From the NCBI GenBank assembly GCA_002633005.1, contig NMRA01000367.1, positions 274,762 to 338,761 on the forward strand: DNA of 64,000 nt. The letters run 5' to 3'. Under the pieces are notes generated by a model. That model did no database searches and was not told the origin of the DNA. It saw only the letters and a program-made list of their open reading frames with translations. Below are positions 26,560-40,926 of this stretch, piece by piece. Each line of letters opens with the position of its first letter. The first letter of the stretch is position 1. This stretch comes from Phoronis australis (taxonomy: Eukaryota; Animalia; Phoronida). The translations under genes were made by a program, and so were the position numbers.

Positions 26560-26943
26560 AGGCTGGCTCTGATTGGCTGGTGTAATCACCACTGCTCGCT
26601 CTCTATTGATCAATGTGCAATGCTGAATAATTCATGGCCAATCCACTGACACACACACGCCGGGATAAGTCACCCACGAGCTGGTTCAACTGTCATCTGG
26701 ACAGTCAACTGTACAGACAGACATATTATACCACGGAAACCAATTGAAAAAATATTTTATTTGGTGAACTTTACCGGATAAACTTTATTGGTACCAATAA
26801 CTGTGTTGGACGACTCGGAGATGGTTGGTTGGTGATTGGTGGTGAGGCAGCCCTACACAGAGATCAAAGGTGGTGCCAGGCTGCTGAAGACAGGGAGTTG
26901 ATTTTTTGTTTTGTTAATTGTTCAACTTTGTTGTCTTGTATAG
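26560..26943 (+). promoter_or_regulatory. Candidate promoter/regulatory region directly upstream of the signal-peptide exon
   Basis: Inverted CCAAT box ctgATTGGct at 26572, ggCCAATc at 26638, GATAA near 26664, locally more CpGs, possible donor ATG|gttggt at 26823/26824 and a perfect TCF/LEF consensus AGATCAAAGG at 26861-26870. Confidence 0.4.
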
Positions 26944-26959
26944 GTACGGTGGTGTTACA

Positions 26960-27035
26960 ATGTCCAGCCAGCCGCTAGTACATGCCTTGTGCCTGCTGGT
27001 TCTAGTGGTACAGATTGCAGTATCTCAAGTAAATG
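26960..27035 (+). CDS. Lar: First coding exon (signal peptide) of a LAR-type receptor protein tyrosine phosphatase
   Basis: Polypyrimidine acceptor ...ttgttgtcttgtatag ends at 26943. ATG at 26960 (acaATG) encodes MSSQPLVHALCLLVLVVQIAVSQVN, a hydrophobic signal-peptide core. The donor G|gtaagt at 27035/27036 is phase 1, matching the next Ig exon. Confidence 0.75.
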
Positions 27036-30000
27036 GTAAGTAGACAATTTGATTACTATGGAGGGGGGGTAGTGATGAAGGGGGCGCTTGGTGAAGGTTC
27101 CAGCTGTGAAAGGGTGTGCCACAATATTGGCTCCCTCAGTATTACAACACAGTCATAGTGCATTGGTATTCTACAGAGGGGAAACAGTAGTGGAGTTATG
27201 AGCAAGAGTACCTGAAATGTGTTGAATTAGTCTGAAATGATTCAGGTACAGAACCTAGGTTGAATGACACTGTCCACTAAAACTTAGTGTATCTTGTTGA
27301 TGGTGTGTGGGACTTTGAGCTTCTTGCTAGTCAAGATGATGTCAGTGGACGTGGGTGGAGCTGGGTGCACACCATGACTCTTGGACTGTCAATCATATTC
27401 ACTCATTCTATATACACTATTGGCAGATAGAACATCAAATTTGTATTCTGCTTCTTCTCCTATCGTAGTCTCAGTGTTTGTGATATCAAATATTCTAACT
27501 TAGTATTTAAGGTTATGTAAAAATGTTAAAATTCTTAATTTGACTTATATCTCAGAAATGACCAATTCTTAGGAAAGTTGCACAAAAAGTAAAAATTCAT
27601 CAGTTCTGTACACAATGTGGCCGACAGGTGAAATTTCATTTTGTCAAATTTCTGAACAAAAATAACTTTTCATGAAAATTTACTTAGCCTTTAGCATGGT
27701 TTGTATGGCATAGCTATTACCAAAAAATGTGTTAAAATTTTGGGCATTTGCAGTAATGTGGTGAGCTTCTAAAAATAGAAATGATGTGTGTCCCAAATTG
27801 ATGAATTCTTGCCTTAGTGTGTTTATACAGTGTTTTCAAAATTGGTGTTATAATTTTTTTTAGAGTGTTCCATTTTTGCACGAGTGTCTATACAAGTTGT
27901 AAAATTCTTATGAAATGACTCTTCTGAAGTTGTATACATTTAAAACGAAGTATTTTAGAAAACAATGTTTTTGAGATTATGTCTTGACCATCTATATCAA
28001 ACGGAGTGAAGTGTTGCAGCCCTGGGTACATGGGGTGTTCTGTCACCCTGGGTACATGAGGTGTCATATCAGTACATTTGATACCATCTCATCAATACAT
28101 GGGGATACTTCAGTGCAGGTGTTGTTGAAATGTGATCCATGAACCACAATCACTGGTAAAACTGTATTTTGCTAACCCCACTTTGTTGACACCGACTCCA
28201 CCTAGTGTACAATTACGCTAAAGTAATGTCACCTGCCATTAGAACATAGGATGGAGTGTGAATGAAGACTTTATGGTTATGTAGGATCATATCAGCTCCT
28301 ACACATAGAGCCAACTATCTGCAACACAATAGACATCAAGTCAAATAAACTAGATGTTTTCTGAAATAGAAAGCTTGTAGACAATCTGTTACTAATTGGG
28401 TCATGTGACCTTGTATTTTTAGTAAAATGTTGAGAGAGAAAGGTACATTTAAAGTGAGAAAATATCAATATCATGGACAAATTTCTGCAACCAAAAATGC
28501 TCAAAAATGCTTCCTTACTTTCTAAAATATTTTGTTTTGTTTGATGTAACTTTCTTTTGCAAAAATCTTTAAAAATGTTCTTTTTTTGATAGTTCTAAAT
28601 CCAAAAATAAAACCCCGTAAAAACAAACCTTAAAAATGTTTGAAACAACAGTGTATAAGGTATATCATGTTGAAGCTATATGAAGCCTATCGGCCATTTT
28701 TGAATTCTGAAGTATCGTGTTCCCAAGTTCACCAGATTTGGACATTTTTTAGGGTCTTACATATGCTAACTGAACAGTTATGACTTTTAATTTAATATAG
28801 CTGTAGTGTTATGTATTTATGTACAGCCTGTAGTGTTATGTCTTTATCTGCATACCGACTAGATGGCATGGTGGTTTGAACAAATTAATTAAGAGATTAA
28901 TGATTCAGAATTGGATGTATGCTTACTAAACCACCAACTCCTATGTCTTCATATCATGTGTTATTGGTCAATAAAGTCTACTCGATGGAATCACAGGGCA
29001 GTTTAAGAAATCAACAATTAGTTCTGACCTTGATGACAGCCACAATCCCTAACTGTTAACTTTAAGAAAGAAAGTTTGAAAACGATATATGACATGATAT
29101 ATTTGCCAGAAATCTATGGTAAGGTGTTTACAGGGGTTATATTGAAGAGATTGAGCAGTGCATGGTGATGACGGATACGAAGGATTATTAGATAACTTCT
29201 GTCAATTTACACTGATTGCACCATGTTAGTGAGTATACCCTCTTCTATCTGGCTTGCTTGCATCTAACTTAAACAAGTCAGTCATTTAAAGACTCCCTAA
29301 AGAAATTACAGACCAAATACCCTTCCACAGTATATTGCCAGTATAGATTTTGTAAGGCCAGCCGATAACTCATTTATTGACTTGATCAACCTGGCAGTTT
29401 GTGAGAGCGATCCTACTTTTATTACTGTGTTCAGATCTCCGTGAGCTCTACTGCACTGTTTGTCACCATCCAGCCTTCCATTTGAATGTAGAGGAAGGAT
29501 GGTGATACAAACGTCACTGACTACCTTTGATATTTGTTCAGTGAGCAATGAATATTAATGCTAATGGTTTTACATGACCGGCTGAATTTTGCGCCAGATC
29601 TTAATTGCTTGATTTGCAGTGCAATGTAGCCATCGAAGAAAGTCTGTAAATGCTTATTTGTCCCGAACAAAGAAACTTGTGTTTCTGTACTGTTCTGAAA
29701 CTGACAATAATTGATCCTGCAACTACAGTTTAACTCTTGTCACTTGGAGTTGTCAAACCAATGGTAACTCTTACATGTGCCACCTGGAATTTGAAAATGT
29801 GAGACAAAATTGTGGCCAGCTTGCATTAGTCAAGTTGGAATTCCAAGTCAAGTTTTTTACATAACCATTCATAACAGACAAACTATGTCAGGTTTTTTTA
29901 CATAGCCATTCATAACAGACAGACTATGCCAAATCAAATGTGAACAAAAACCGTCGCTAGGGTGGGCGTGGGAGTACTGAAACACTTGGATTTCTTATGC

Positions 30001-32072
30001 CTCCGTGGAAAACCCAAACGGGTAGATTTGGTTGGTATACATCTTTAAGAGTTAATACTTTGGTTGGTATACATTTTTAAGAGTAATACTTTGGTTGATA
30101 TACATCTTTAAGAGTAATAAAACATTTGTTTGATGCTACTTTTTTGTTATGAAAAAATGAAATCACTTGTCGGCCATATTGTGTTCTAAATTTGTGATAT
30201 TTAACTGTATTTTGTAAATGAAATTATAGAGTCAAAGACAGATTTTCTTGTCAAATTTATAATTGATTTTATATAATGATTAAATTTCCCAAGTTGAAAT
30301 AATTTATGTCAGACAGGTATTCAACGGGTGTATAGGGTCCTCCAAACCGCTATTGACCTATTGACCTCGCCAGGAATTTGAGTGATGGCTTAACTGACTA
30401 TTTAGAACGCAGCATTATTGACACGCCTTCTTTTCCAAGCCACCATTTTACCCGAAAAACAACACGTTGCCGGGAAAAACTTATTGTTTTTTGTTATTCG
30501 ACATTACGCAAGGGTGCGGAGCTTGCGATATGTGAATTCCTAGACCAGTAAACACTATACACGTTTTACAACTCTGCAGACTGCACGCGCCCCTCAAACT
30601 TTACAGACGCACTGCTCATGCTTCATGCTGGGTGATCAAACTCCAAAAGGTGCAAGGGACAAGGTACCGAGACATAGGTGCTGGTTCAGGATTAGGCTCT
30701 CAGTTACTGTATTTTGGTCTATAGGTTTGGAACATTTTTATTACATGTAGTTTGGGGGCACAGGTCTGATATTTGGTGATCAATCAGTGAAGTGGGTTTA
30801 AGGGATCATTTTGGATTTGAGACTGGTGTGGCTATTTTAGTAATGCTGCAAAAATATTTTCTTCTTGATTGTAGTCATACTTGTGAACTGATGTAGCTAA
30901 TGCCGATGTGTCAAACATTCCTGCTTCACAAATCAACATCGTATTGTCTTGGTGCCTGCATCTAAATCACAACAATCTGTTTTTCATCTTCCTGTCCATT
31001 GCCCCATGTTTTGTGCCCCATCTCTCCACTTAGCTGCTAGTTTTGACTCCATCAATATTTTCACCCTAATTAGCCATGTTATCACTGTAAATACCCCTGT
31101 TTTCCACCCCAGCACCCTACCCCTCCCCTGGCTCTAGGCTGTTCATTAACTCCCTTATTTGATGCCCAATTACCATTCCTTGTGACCTCACAACCCCAGA
31201 CTCTAATGCTACTGGGTATTTGACAATAAATGTCCCCAGTTTTACACTAGAGCATTTAATCTAAATTGTGATACATGTTTTAATGTCGGGAGTTGTCATT
31301 CAATTGTTGAGTAACAGAGCAGCAGTTGTTTTGTCTGAGTGGACTGTCAAGCTATGAACAAACTGATACAGCAACATCTGCTAGACAATTTCCCTATCCA
31401 CAGCATTCTCAGTTTGTTTTTTGGAGACCTTAAACAACAAGCAGTTGTGACCTAGGCACTGAGATTGAGCAGTTTGTTGTCCTTGTGCACCCGGCCTGAC
31501 ACAGACCTGTCAACACTTAACACACTCTCTAATTGGTTTGTTATCTTATAGTACATAGTTTTCAAAAAAGTTATTGAATTCCTTTGAATTTAGACGAGAA
31601 GAAAGCCAGATGAAAACTATCACTGTTTTGTACCGTCCTGGGATAACAATTAGTAAATTATAGAATGACATTGTTATGTTGAAATTATGAAGTTTTACAC
31701 GCGGCACTTGGAACTATAGGCAGGTGGATTGAGCATTTCCCAAAGTTTTTATGAAGACAAAAACATGATGAACAGTTAGTGTGTCAAGATAAGAACTACT
31801 AACACTAGGGTATTACTAACAACTTACTGTTCATAAACTGAGGCTCTCAAGTAGATCATCTGTTTAGTATTTTACTCTTCCTAGAACAAAACTCCCACTA
31901 TTTAGTGCAAGGGTTTATTTATTGGTCAAATATCTGGCCTCAGTACAGTTTTGAACCTGTCTGTATTGTAATTAAAAGTTAAACAGTCCATTCATCCAAA
32001 TTGATTTTCTCTCCCTTTGGTTATACATGGTGACATATGACATGAAGTGACCCAGGTTACATGTAGTGTCAC

Positions 32073-32637
32073 GGTACCTCTACTGGTACACCAAGACAGC
32101 ATTAAACAGGTACCTCTACTGGTACACCAAGACAGCATTAAACAGGTACCTCTACTGGTACTTCAAGACAGCATAAATGTGTAACTCTGTTTGGAAGAAC
32201 TCAAATATTGTGTCAGGAGGTCTCAACTTACATCTGAAGATTGAACTTCAGTTTAGGGCTACTTAAGTATTCTGTGACTCATTATTTTCATGTAGTCTTT
32301 TTAAAGTGTGGTATAATTAGGAATATGTGAGTTGGTATAAATAATGCAGTTGGCTATAAAGGTGAATCACAATCTTTACCTGGTTAGAACTTACTTAATG
32401 TATCATAGTAAGTAATTAGTAGTTATCAATAGTGCCTCAGGCCAACTGATGGGAATAAACAACATGGAGACTTGTACTGTTGTTATTTGNGCATTAAACA
32501 GGTACCTCTACTGGTACACCAAGACAGCATTAAACAGGTACCTCTACTGGTACACCAAGACAGCATTAAACAGGTACCTCTACTGGTACACCAAGACAGC
32601 ATTAAACAGGTACCTCTACTGGTACACCAAGACGGCA
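32073..32637. repeat. 36-bp minisatellite present in both copies of a duplicated segment
   Basis: Unit gcattaaacaggtacctctactggtacaccaagaca at 32073-32174 and 32491-32637. Confidence 0.9.
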
Positions 32638-32956
32638 TAAATGTGTAACTCTGTTTGGAAGAACTCAAATATTGTGTCAGGAGGTCTCAACTTACATCTG
32701 AAGATTGAACTTCAGTTTAGGGCTACTTATTAAGTATTCTGTGACTCATTATTTTCATGTAGTCTTTTTAAAGTGTGGTATAATTAGGAATATGTGAGTT
32801 GTTATAAATAATGCAGTTGGCTATAAAGGTGAATCACAATCTTTACCTGGTTAGAACTTACTTAATGTATCATAGTAAGTAATTAGTAGTTATCAATAGT
32901 GCCTCAGGCCAACTGATGGGAATAAACAACATGGAGACTTGTACTGTTGTTATTTG
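32099..32956. other. Apparent haplotype duplication across the n at 32490
   Basis: 32099-32489 is repeated after the n, with a different VNTR copy number. Confidence 0.85.
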
Positions 32957-33923
32957 TCTGTCTCACTCCTTCGTTAGAAGATGGGTGTAATTAGTCCAAT
33001 AAAATAATTAACCTGATGTTTGAGTTTAATAAACTCAGAATTTAGTGTGCCTCTAGTGTTTTATGGCCTAGATATTGATCTAATTAAAGATTTATCTTTG
33101 ATTGCCATACCGTTTACCTAGTTTTTGCGTAATGTGACAAAGACGAATACGACTTCAATTTTTTACAAAAATACCTTACGTTTTGCGAGTTGATCTGTCA
33201 TAGAACCAAACGAACAAACTAATCGAAAATTCCTAACAGCGTTTTTGAGGTAAATGGTTCATTTAAAAAGGTTTCATTAAAATCGACTGAGGGTTTATTT
33301 TGCTATAAATGTACCTTTCTTAAAAATGAAATTTTGACTTAAAAAGATGTTTACGCAAAAATAATAATGGCACATAAATACAAAATGTGTATTTATATTT
33401 CCTGGTCTTTCTTCTTTCAGAAAATATATACTTTTACTCGTTGACAAAGCTTAGTTTTTTGTTATACTAGTTAGAATGGAGGCTACTAAATGAGGTTGGA
33501 AATAACCTTAACTCATTTTAGCCTACCAAGTACCAATCCCTCCGTAGATGCCATCAATGCACGCATATCAATTATTGACTTCAAGTTTTGTTCTCAGGAG
33601 CCCAACCAAATTCAGAGCTGGAACTTTCGTGAGAGTGTTGTGTGTGCATGTGTACGGTTTTGTGAATAATTCATCTGATTTTCAGAGGTGTACTAGTCCT
33701 GACCATCTGTGCAGGGGTTACTTTCAGGTTACCATGGCTACAGGAGTTGATCCACTAATGAACTAACTGGGTTGTTCACAGGACCAGTGTACACCATAAG
33801 CAGTATTGCTACCCACAAGGTCAATGTCAATGTCAGAAATTGTCTTCTTCAAACCAGAATAAACAGGATGTGCACTTGCCGCACAGCGTAAATACACATA
33901 ACGTGCCGAGAGTGAAGCACATC

Positions 33924-34700
33924 AAGTAATATACCACCTGACATTATTACGCGTATCGTCGTTGAAGACCGAAGGTTGAGGCCGATACGCGGAATAATGT
34001 CGAGTGGGATATTACTTTATGTACGGCAATCGAGATACGTTTTGTATTTATCCCATACGCTTCAAATTCCTAAGTTTCTTTCATTTTTTCCGCAGATTTT
34101 TGAACTACTTCACTCAGACTGTTCACGTGGCGGATAACATCCTATATTTATGTACTTGCGCGTTAGGCTGCAAGTTTTCTCTAGTAAAAGAAACAGTTTT
34201 AAGTGTGACGATTTATTTCTTGAAAAGAGTTAACAAAGATGAAAACAAAAGTAACTTTTCATTGAACTGGTAGCATCTCCTGCAAATAGTTAAATAACAA
34301 CAGTATTTGATACTGTAGTTACCGAGGAATTGGCGCCTGAGTTGCAGACGATAAAATATTTAGCAAATGAAAGCTGGGACAGACCTGTCATATAATTAAC
34401 AGTCCTGTTCCAGATGTTACGATTAAGACCTGATTGTATGTTGAGCGTTATTTACACTGCTGCAATTGCATTACTTTAAACTATTTTCTGAAAGTTTGGC
34501 AATCGAACCGGCTAACAACGTCGAGTCGACATTGACCTAGCTTTCGGACTTTTCATGTCAGAGGTCACTGTTGAAGTAGTGCGGGAGGTGAATACGGAAA
34601 ACTTTATTACGTGGCCATATTTCCCTCGGCAGATTAAACGCGTATGGGATAATAGTATAAAATGTGGAATGCCAAAAAGAAATAAGTACATTGTTCCGTT
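33924..34700. mobile_element. Hairpin-bearing non-autonomous element, unclassified (tentatively Crypton-like)
   Basis: Hairpin aagtaatataccacctgacattattacgcgtatcg / cgatacgcggaataatgtcgagtgggatattactt (33924-34017) around a gaccgaaggtt loop. A second inverted pair, ttatcccatacgc (34048-34060) / gcgtatgggataa (34640-34652), brackets a CpG-rich interior. Boundaries are approximate. Confidence 0.55.
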
Positions 34701-34760
34701 GCATGAGTGTACATCCAAACATAATCTTCCTCGGTTGAATCTCCCAGTCTGTGACTGTGA

Positions 34761-35700
34761 TGTACTGTACTGGGCTGTTGGGACTCACCCTGTAATGTAC
34801 TGTGCTGGCCTGTTGGGACTCACCCTGTAATGTACTCTGCTGGCCTGTTGGGACTCACCCTGTTAGTATCGTACTGGCCTGTTGGGACTCACCCTGTGAT
34901 GTACTGTACTGGCATGTTGGGACTCACCCTGCAATGTACTGTGCTGGCCTGTTGGGACTCACCCTGTAATGTACTGTACTGGCCTGTTGGGACTCACNNN
35001 NNNNNNNNNNNNNNNNNNNNNNNNNNNNNNNNNNNNNNNNNNNNNNNNNNNNNNNNNNNNNNNNNNNNNNNNNNNNNNNNNNNNNNNNNNNNNNNNNNNN
35101 NNNNNNNNNNNNNNNNNNNNNNNNNNNNNNNNNNNNNNNNNNNNNNNNNNNNNNNNNNNNNNNNNNNNNNNNNNNNNNNNNNNNNNNNNNNNNNNNNNNN
35201 NNNNNNNNNNNNNNNNNNNNNNNNNNNNNNNNNNNNNNNNNNNNNNNNNNNNNNNNNNNNNNNNNNNNNNNNNNNNNNNNNNNNNNNNNNNNNNNNNNNN
35301 NNNNNNNNNNNNNNNNNNNNNNNNNNNNNNNNNNNNNNNNNNNNNNNNNNNNNNNNNNNNNNNNNNNNNNNNNNNNNNNNNNNNNNNNNNNNNNNNNNNN
35401 NNNNNNNNNNNNNNNNNNNNNNNNNNNNNNNNNNNNNNNNNNNNNNNNNNNNNNNNNNNNNNNNNNNNNNNNNNNNNNNNNNNNNNNNNNNNNNNNNNNN
35501 NNNNNNNNNNNNNNNNNNNNNNNNNNNNNNNNNNNNNNNNNNNNNNNNNNNNNNNNNNNNNNNNNNNNNNNNNNNNNNNNNNNNNNNNNNNNNNNNNNNN
35601 NNNNNNNNNNNNTCTCTGTGTTGGTTGACTCTAGACTCTCTTACGATATTGTATCTCTGTGTTGGTTGACTCTAGACTCTCTTACTATATTGTATCTCTG
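34761..35700. repeat. 35-bp minisatellite, N gap (34998-35612), then a 41-bp tandem repeat
   Basis: Units tgtactgtrctggcctgttgggactcaccctgtaa and tctctgtgttggttgactctagactctcttackatattgta. Confidence 0.9.
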
Positions 35701-37172
35701 TTATGAATCGATAGTGTGGAGGAAGGACCAGGCCTCACTGTTGACACATCTAATTTTGTCAATAAAATTATCTCACAATCAATGTTTCTTAACATGCAGG
35801 ATGTTAAAATCCAATATTTATTGCCTCTGTCAAGTTATCTACCAAAGTCTTCGGCATACCTATCGATCTCGTGTGAACTATCTGCGCTGTTTTTTACATT
35901 AAGTATAAAGCAATAGGAACGTGTCCCTGTTTAATGCATAATTTGTATTTAGGCAACCACCGTTAATAAATTTGTTCTCCAATATTTCTACACCATGTTG
36001 TCAATTTCTAAAGAAGGCAAGAATTCTTAATCGATTTCTTAAATGAAAACTTGAAAACTGAACTTATAAGGCTCCACACACACAAAGGAAGATTTGAATT
36101 TGAGGAACTTGTGAGGCATGGTGTAAGATTGATTTTCTTCTAAAATTGTGTACAAACATTGACTAGAGTCCTGTATGTCTCAAGTGTTTGTTCAGAGATC
36201 CAGTCATTGTTGTGGGTAGGCGTCCAGTCTGTTGGTTTCTACCTGAGGTTATGGGCTCATAAACACCATATGGTCATGTTCACTGACAGATGCTAGCTGG
36301 CACTATCTGCACTATCTCATGCTCTTTATTGTAACACTACATTAGTACTGTTGTTATTTATTAGATATCATCTGAGTTGTTGCTCATTTGGGATTTACAG
36401 TTAGAAAAATGCACAAGCTAATCCTCAGTTACTTAGTCCTGATGAGCACTAGCCTTGCTAGTCATGAAGTTGTATGACTGGAAAGTTGAAGAATTTGTAA
36501 GTGGATTGAACTGTGTTATTGATGAATAGAGATAAAAAGTGTGTAATTTGTATGACTACAGGGTGAGACAAAAAGTGATCTGCTACCAACTAAACTTGTC
36601 TATTTAGTACAGTAGTTACTTATTCTACCCACTAAACCTGTCTACTTTTACTAGTTTCTTATTCTACCAAGTAAACTTGTCTATTTAGTAATTATATATT
36701 CTAACAACTAAACCTGTCCAGTTACTCTTTTGAATGTTAGTTGCTGCTCCCAAGAGGCGCTGCTGATGTGATGCAAACATAGGAGAGGGGTTGTGCTGGG
36801 CTAATGGGTGGAGCCAGTGATCTTGCTGAGTTTGTTAGTACTCATTATTAGTGACTTGATTAGTTTACACCTTTGTACAAACACACAGCACTACAAACAC
36901 TTAACAGACTGGCTAAAGAGCACACTGTGATGTAACCTGTCAACTATCATTGGCCAGATTCATTACCTGGGACACTTCAATATACAAACTATCTTAGGCT
37001 GGAATCACCTCAAGACTGAATTGGTTTAATAGTAGATTGCTTTAGTTAGCTATAAATGACTTGATTGTACCTTTTTATTCTTTGAAAGGTTTACATGTTG
37101 TTATTTCTGTAGATGCTGTAAACATCACCCTTGAATGTACCTTGTTGGTACAACACATTACCTAAGTACCGT

Positions 37173-37263
37173 CCACAGACAGCCTACCTTAGGACAACTT
37201 GCACTAGTGCAACTTATCCCACTTGAAGTGGAACATCCACACATGTATCTGATAACTAGAGTA
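37173..37263 (+). repeat. Dispersed ~90-bp repeat, copy 2
   Basis: Highly similar to 10619-10709, same orientation. Confidence 0.85.
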
Positions 37264-39939
37264 AGACAGAAGTTGTCCTTCTGTGCATGACAATGAACAC
37301 TTTAATGCCAATACAGTGTGGAAGAGAAAACCTGTTTGTATGTAACTGCAGCTCACAACTCCCCTCTCCCCCACTTAAGTGGCCACACTGTGATTACCAG
37401 TAGCGTATTATCCTAGAACAAGTAATTAGAGACAACTCTTTGAATTAACAGATTATTCAAGTGACAGTTGCAATTTCACAAATAAAATCAACATGTATGT
37501 ATGCATACATTTGAAAATAACATTTTGAAATGATTAATGAAGACTGCCAGTCAGAATAAGACTTTCTAAGTGTAGGTGTGGCCATTGTAATTGAACCTGT
37601 GCTGCTATGTCTCATATTTCTTATTTCTACATATAACTATCTCTACTTGCATTGACTGGCCCTTAAGTTTGATGTAACAGTCTAACACATAAATTATAAT
37701 AATTACTCTTCATGGTTTCTGTGTAACATTACCCATAGTGCATATTTTGAAGTCATTGGGTGGCACTAAACAGTTTTTGCATGTTTTGGGCTTAAAGAAC
37801 TGCTCCAACTGTCTGTTCTGTAGTGTGTACTGACAAAACCTGAATGTATTCGTAACAGTAGGCTGGATGAAGCACTTAAGAAATTTGCATTAAGTCCAAT
37901 GAAACAGATTTCGAAGTTAAATGTTCCATATTTTGCGACGACCAAAAGTGCAACAAGTTCTTAAAAATGACCAAAAATATACCAAATCAGTGGTTTTTAC
38001 CCAAAGCCACCATTTGCATGTAATTTCTATGAACTGCGAGACAGAACCTTCAGTTATCATCCGAGGCTCAAAAACTATTGAGTACTAATTTAGTACTGGT
38101 GGCCATTTTTTAAAGAAGTGAGAAAACAATTAGATACACGAGTGAATGGTCATGTGTAAACTTCCGTTGATGTCTATCTCCGCGGCAACCCATCACTGGT
38201 GCATTGCCTTGGGAATGAGGCACTATGGGTCTAGGGATGTGAGGCTCTGTTTGACTTGGCTTCAGCTGGCAATCAATATACGTCTACCAGAGGATCATCC
38301 GGCTCTTGTGCGAGACGGATGTTTACTAAGATTGAGTCTTTAGTTTAAGCACTTCTTAATTAGTAAGAACTCAGATATAGTGTTGGTCACCTTCCACTCT
38401 AAGAGTTGTTTGTCTTCAATCAGCTGAACATCTTGACTCATCACAGTCCTGCCCCTCGTTGTTTTCTAATGGAGTTCTAATATTTATACTTAGGTTATAT
38501 GAATCCTCATACAGGACTCTGTACATTTAGCCAAATGTCTACTAAAGTGTTGCATTATTAACTCTGCAAATATATATAATATAAAATACCTGTTTAAATT
38601 GACTTTTGACTTGTGAAACCAATCTGCCATTAATTGGACTACATGACTGAGCCTTGTATTAAGGTTTAAATAAAATTTTGCCCAAGATTGAGTACTATTC
38701 CATGGTAAACAATGTTTTGAATAACAGAAATATGCTTTATTATATGCAAACTCTCAAACATGCTGTGGACAGTCATATGCTGGACCTCTGTATACTGGAC
38801 ATCTGTATACTGGACATCTGTATACTGGACCTCTGTATGCTAGTCAGTCCTACTGTTGAGTGTGTGACATCTTATGACACCAACATCAGTGTACTACAGT
38901 TAGACACATGCAGGACATTGACCGCCATTCTCTTTCTAGCGTACTTATTAGAGTTGTGGCTATTGGTTGATAGTGAAACACTCCACCTGATCAAATAGAA
39001 TACCTTTTTAGTCGTTATTCTTTCTAGAGTAAGCGATAAGTGAAAATCTATAGAAATTTGTCTGACATCAAAGTAAGATTCTGTGTTCACTATGTGTCAA
39101 TTCACAGTTCATGTATAATATATCAAAGCTTCACTAATTTACCGATTTTGAATTGTGTGTTGTGATGCACTCTGTCATTTTCAATTTGTTTTTCAAGTTA
39201 CGGTATTTCATGAATAGTTCATTTTGAAATACTTGCAAATCAATAAAAGAAAAGATAACAATTGAACTTAGTTGCTTGAAGAGTTTATCATTGTTCAACC
39301 ATAAAATGACTGTATCAGTCTTGAAGGTATGTTGAGATTGGCTGCTTTCTCAGGTATGTATTGATTCTACCTGTCTTAACGCCTTAGGTGCTAATGATTT
39401 GGGAGGCAGGTATAACTATGTTTGCATTCTTCAATTGATTTTATGGCTGGCTATTGATTGTTACTTGTTTAATTGTAGCTGGTTCATGGGTATGGAGACT
39501 GATGCTCAGTTAGGAGATAGAACCATGTCAACTTTACTTGCAATTAATTACACACTCTCAGTTTCATCATGATTCTCACTTGCATCACATAAGCTGTGTC
39601 TAGCCAGAAGAAAATAATTGTTAAAGCTCTACGTTCCAAGTCTTTTACTCGATTGTCATGTTTGTCTAAGTAAACATAAACAAGCATTCTACAAACTTTT
39701 TGTTCATACATGAGCAAATCTCAGAGGAAATAATATGATGTGCCACTGATTTCATGGCTAATCTACCTTCAGTCTGGTTTTCATTGCAGATACTGACCCT
39801 TGACCCCTGGCCCTGACCCTAACTCTAACTCTAATCTACTTGTTTGCACTGCACACCCTAACCCTAATCTACCTGCACTAGCAGTCACTGATCAGTGTAG
39901 ATTACTGGAGAGATATGAACACTAGCAGTCACTGATCAG

Positions 39940-40926
39940 CATAGGCGGATTTAGGAGGGGGGGGGTCCCAGGGGGCCCGGGCCCCCTCCTTTGGCTGCCG
40001 CAAGAGCGTAGGGAAATGTTGAGTTTATTAATTAACCCCATTAATTAAAATTATACAGATGAAACAAGATTTAAATGTGTGCAGTTTTAGTGTTTGGGGG
40101 GGGCTCAGATCCAATTTCAAGTGTCAAATTCGGAACACGGCACATTCGTAACAGAACTATGACTAAGTATAGGCTCTCCCGCGATATCCCAGGCAACCGG
40201 CAGTGGCACTGCGCACTACGACTTCGTTTTCGTCGTCTGCTCCACTGTGCAATGAGGAAAATTACTTCATTTTTAAAAGAAAATGGAACCTGAGTGACGA
40301 TGAAAAAACAGAAGCTGCTGTTAAGATGTGAATTTTAATCGAAGCCTTAGTGAATCACTCAGAAACTCATAATTCTCTCTTTGTCAAACCTTAACTTAAG
40401 ACGATTTCCAAAGCAATCGTGTCATTATTGCCAACACAAAAAACGGATTTGGTCTTATGGGCAATTGAAGACTATTTTAAATACAACAAATCTGTTACTA
40501 ACTGATTGCACAAAATATAAAACATGTAATAAGCATTACAAAAAGAAGGTTTTGCGCGCCAACACTGTGGACCATAAACAAGTAGGTCTCTTAGTATCAA
40601 GTTGGGAGTTAAATCGTGGTGGTGATAAAGCACGCGCGCTCTATCCGCCAGGTCGTGAGTCTGTGGCGCTTGCAGTTTTTCCTGTTTGACACTTTCTCCG
40701 TTTTTTTTTTCTTTACCTTTTTTTCTTGGATAATACTTCGGGAATCAAGGAAAATGCTCGATTTTTAGAGGAAAAAACAGGAAAAAATTCCTGGGCAGGA
40801 GGTGGGGCAAACCCCCTCCCGACCTCCCCCCATTCGGTGCTATGATCATCTACAATCGTGCTTTGAGCAAATGTTTACAGACAAAATGTTAGCCCCCCCC
40901 CTTATGATATCCTAAGTCTGCCACTG
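39940..40926. mobile_element. hAT-like non-autonomous DNA transposon (~987 bp) inserted in a 44-bp tandem repeat
   Basis: TIRs cataggcggatttagga / tcctaagtctgccactg (13/17), subterminal G/C runs, and tgatcag duplicated on both sides (7 bp exact). The flanking repeat unit resumes after the insertion. Confidence 0.75.
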
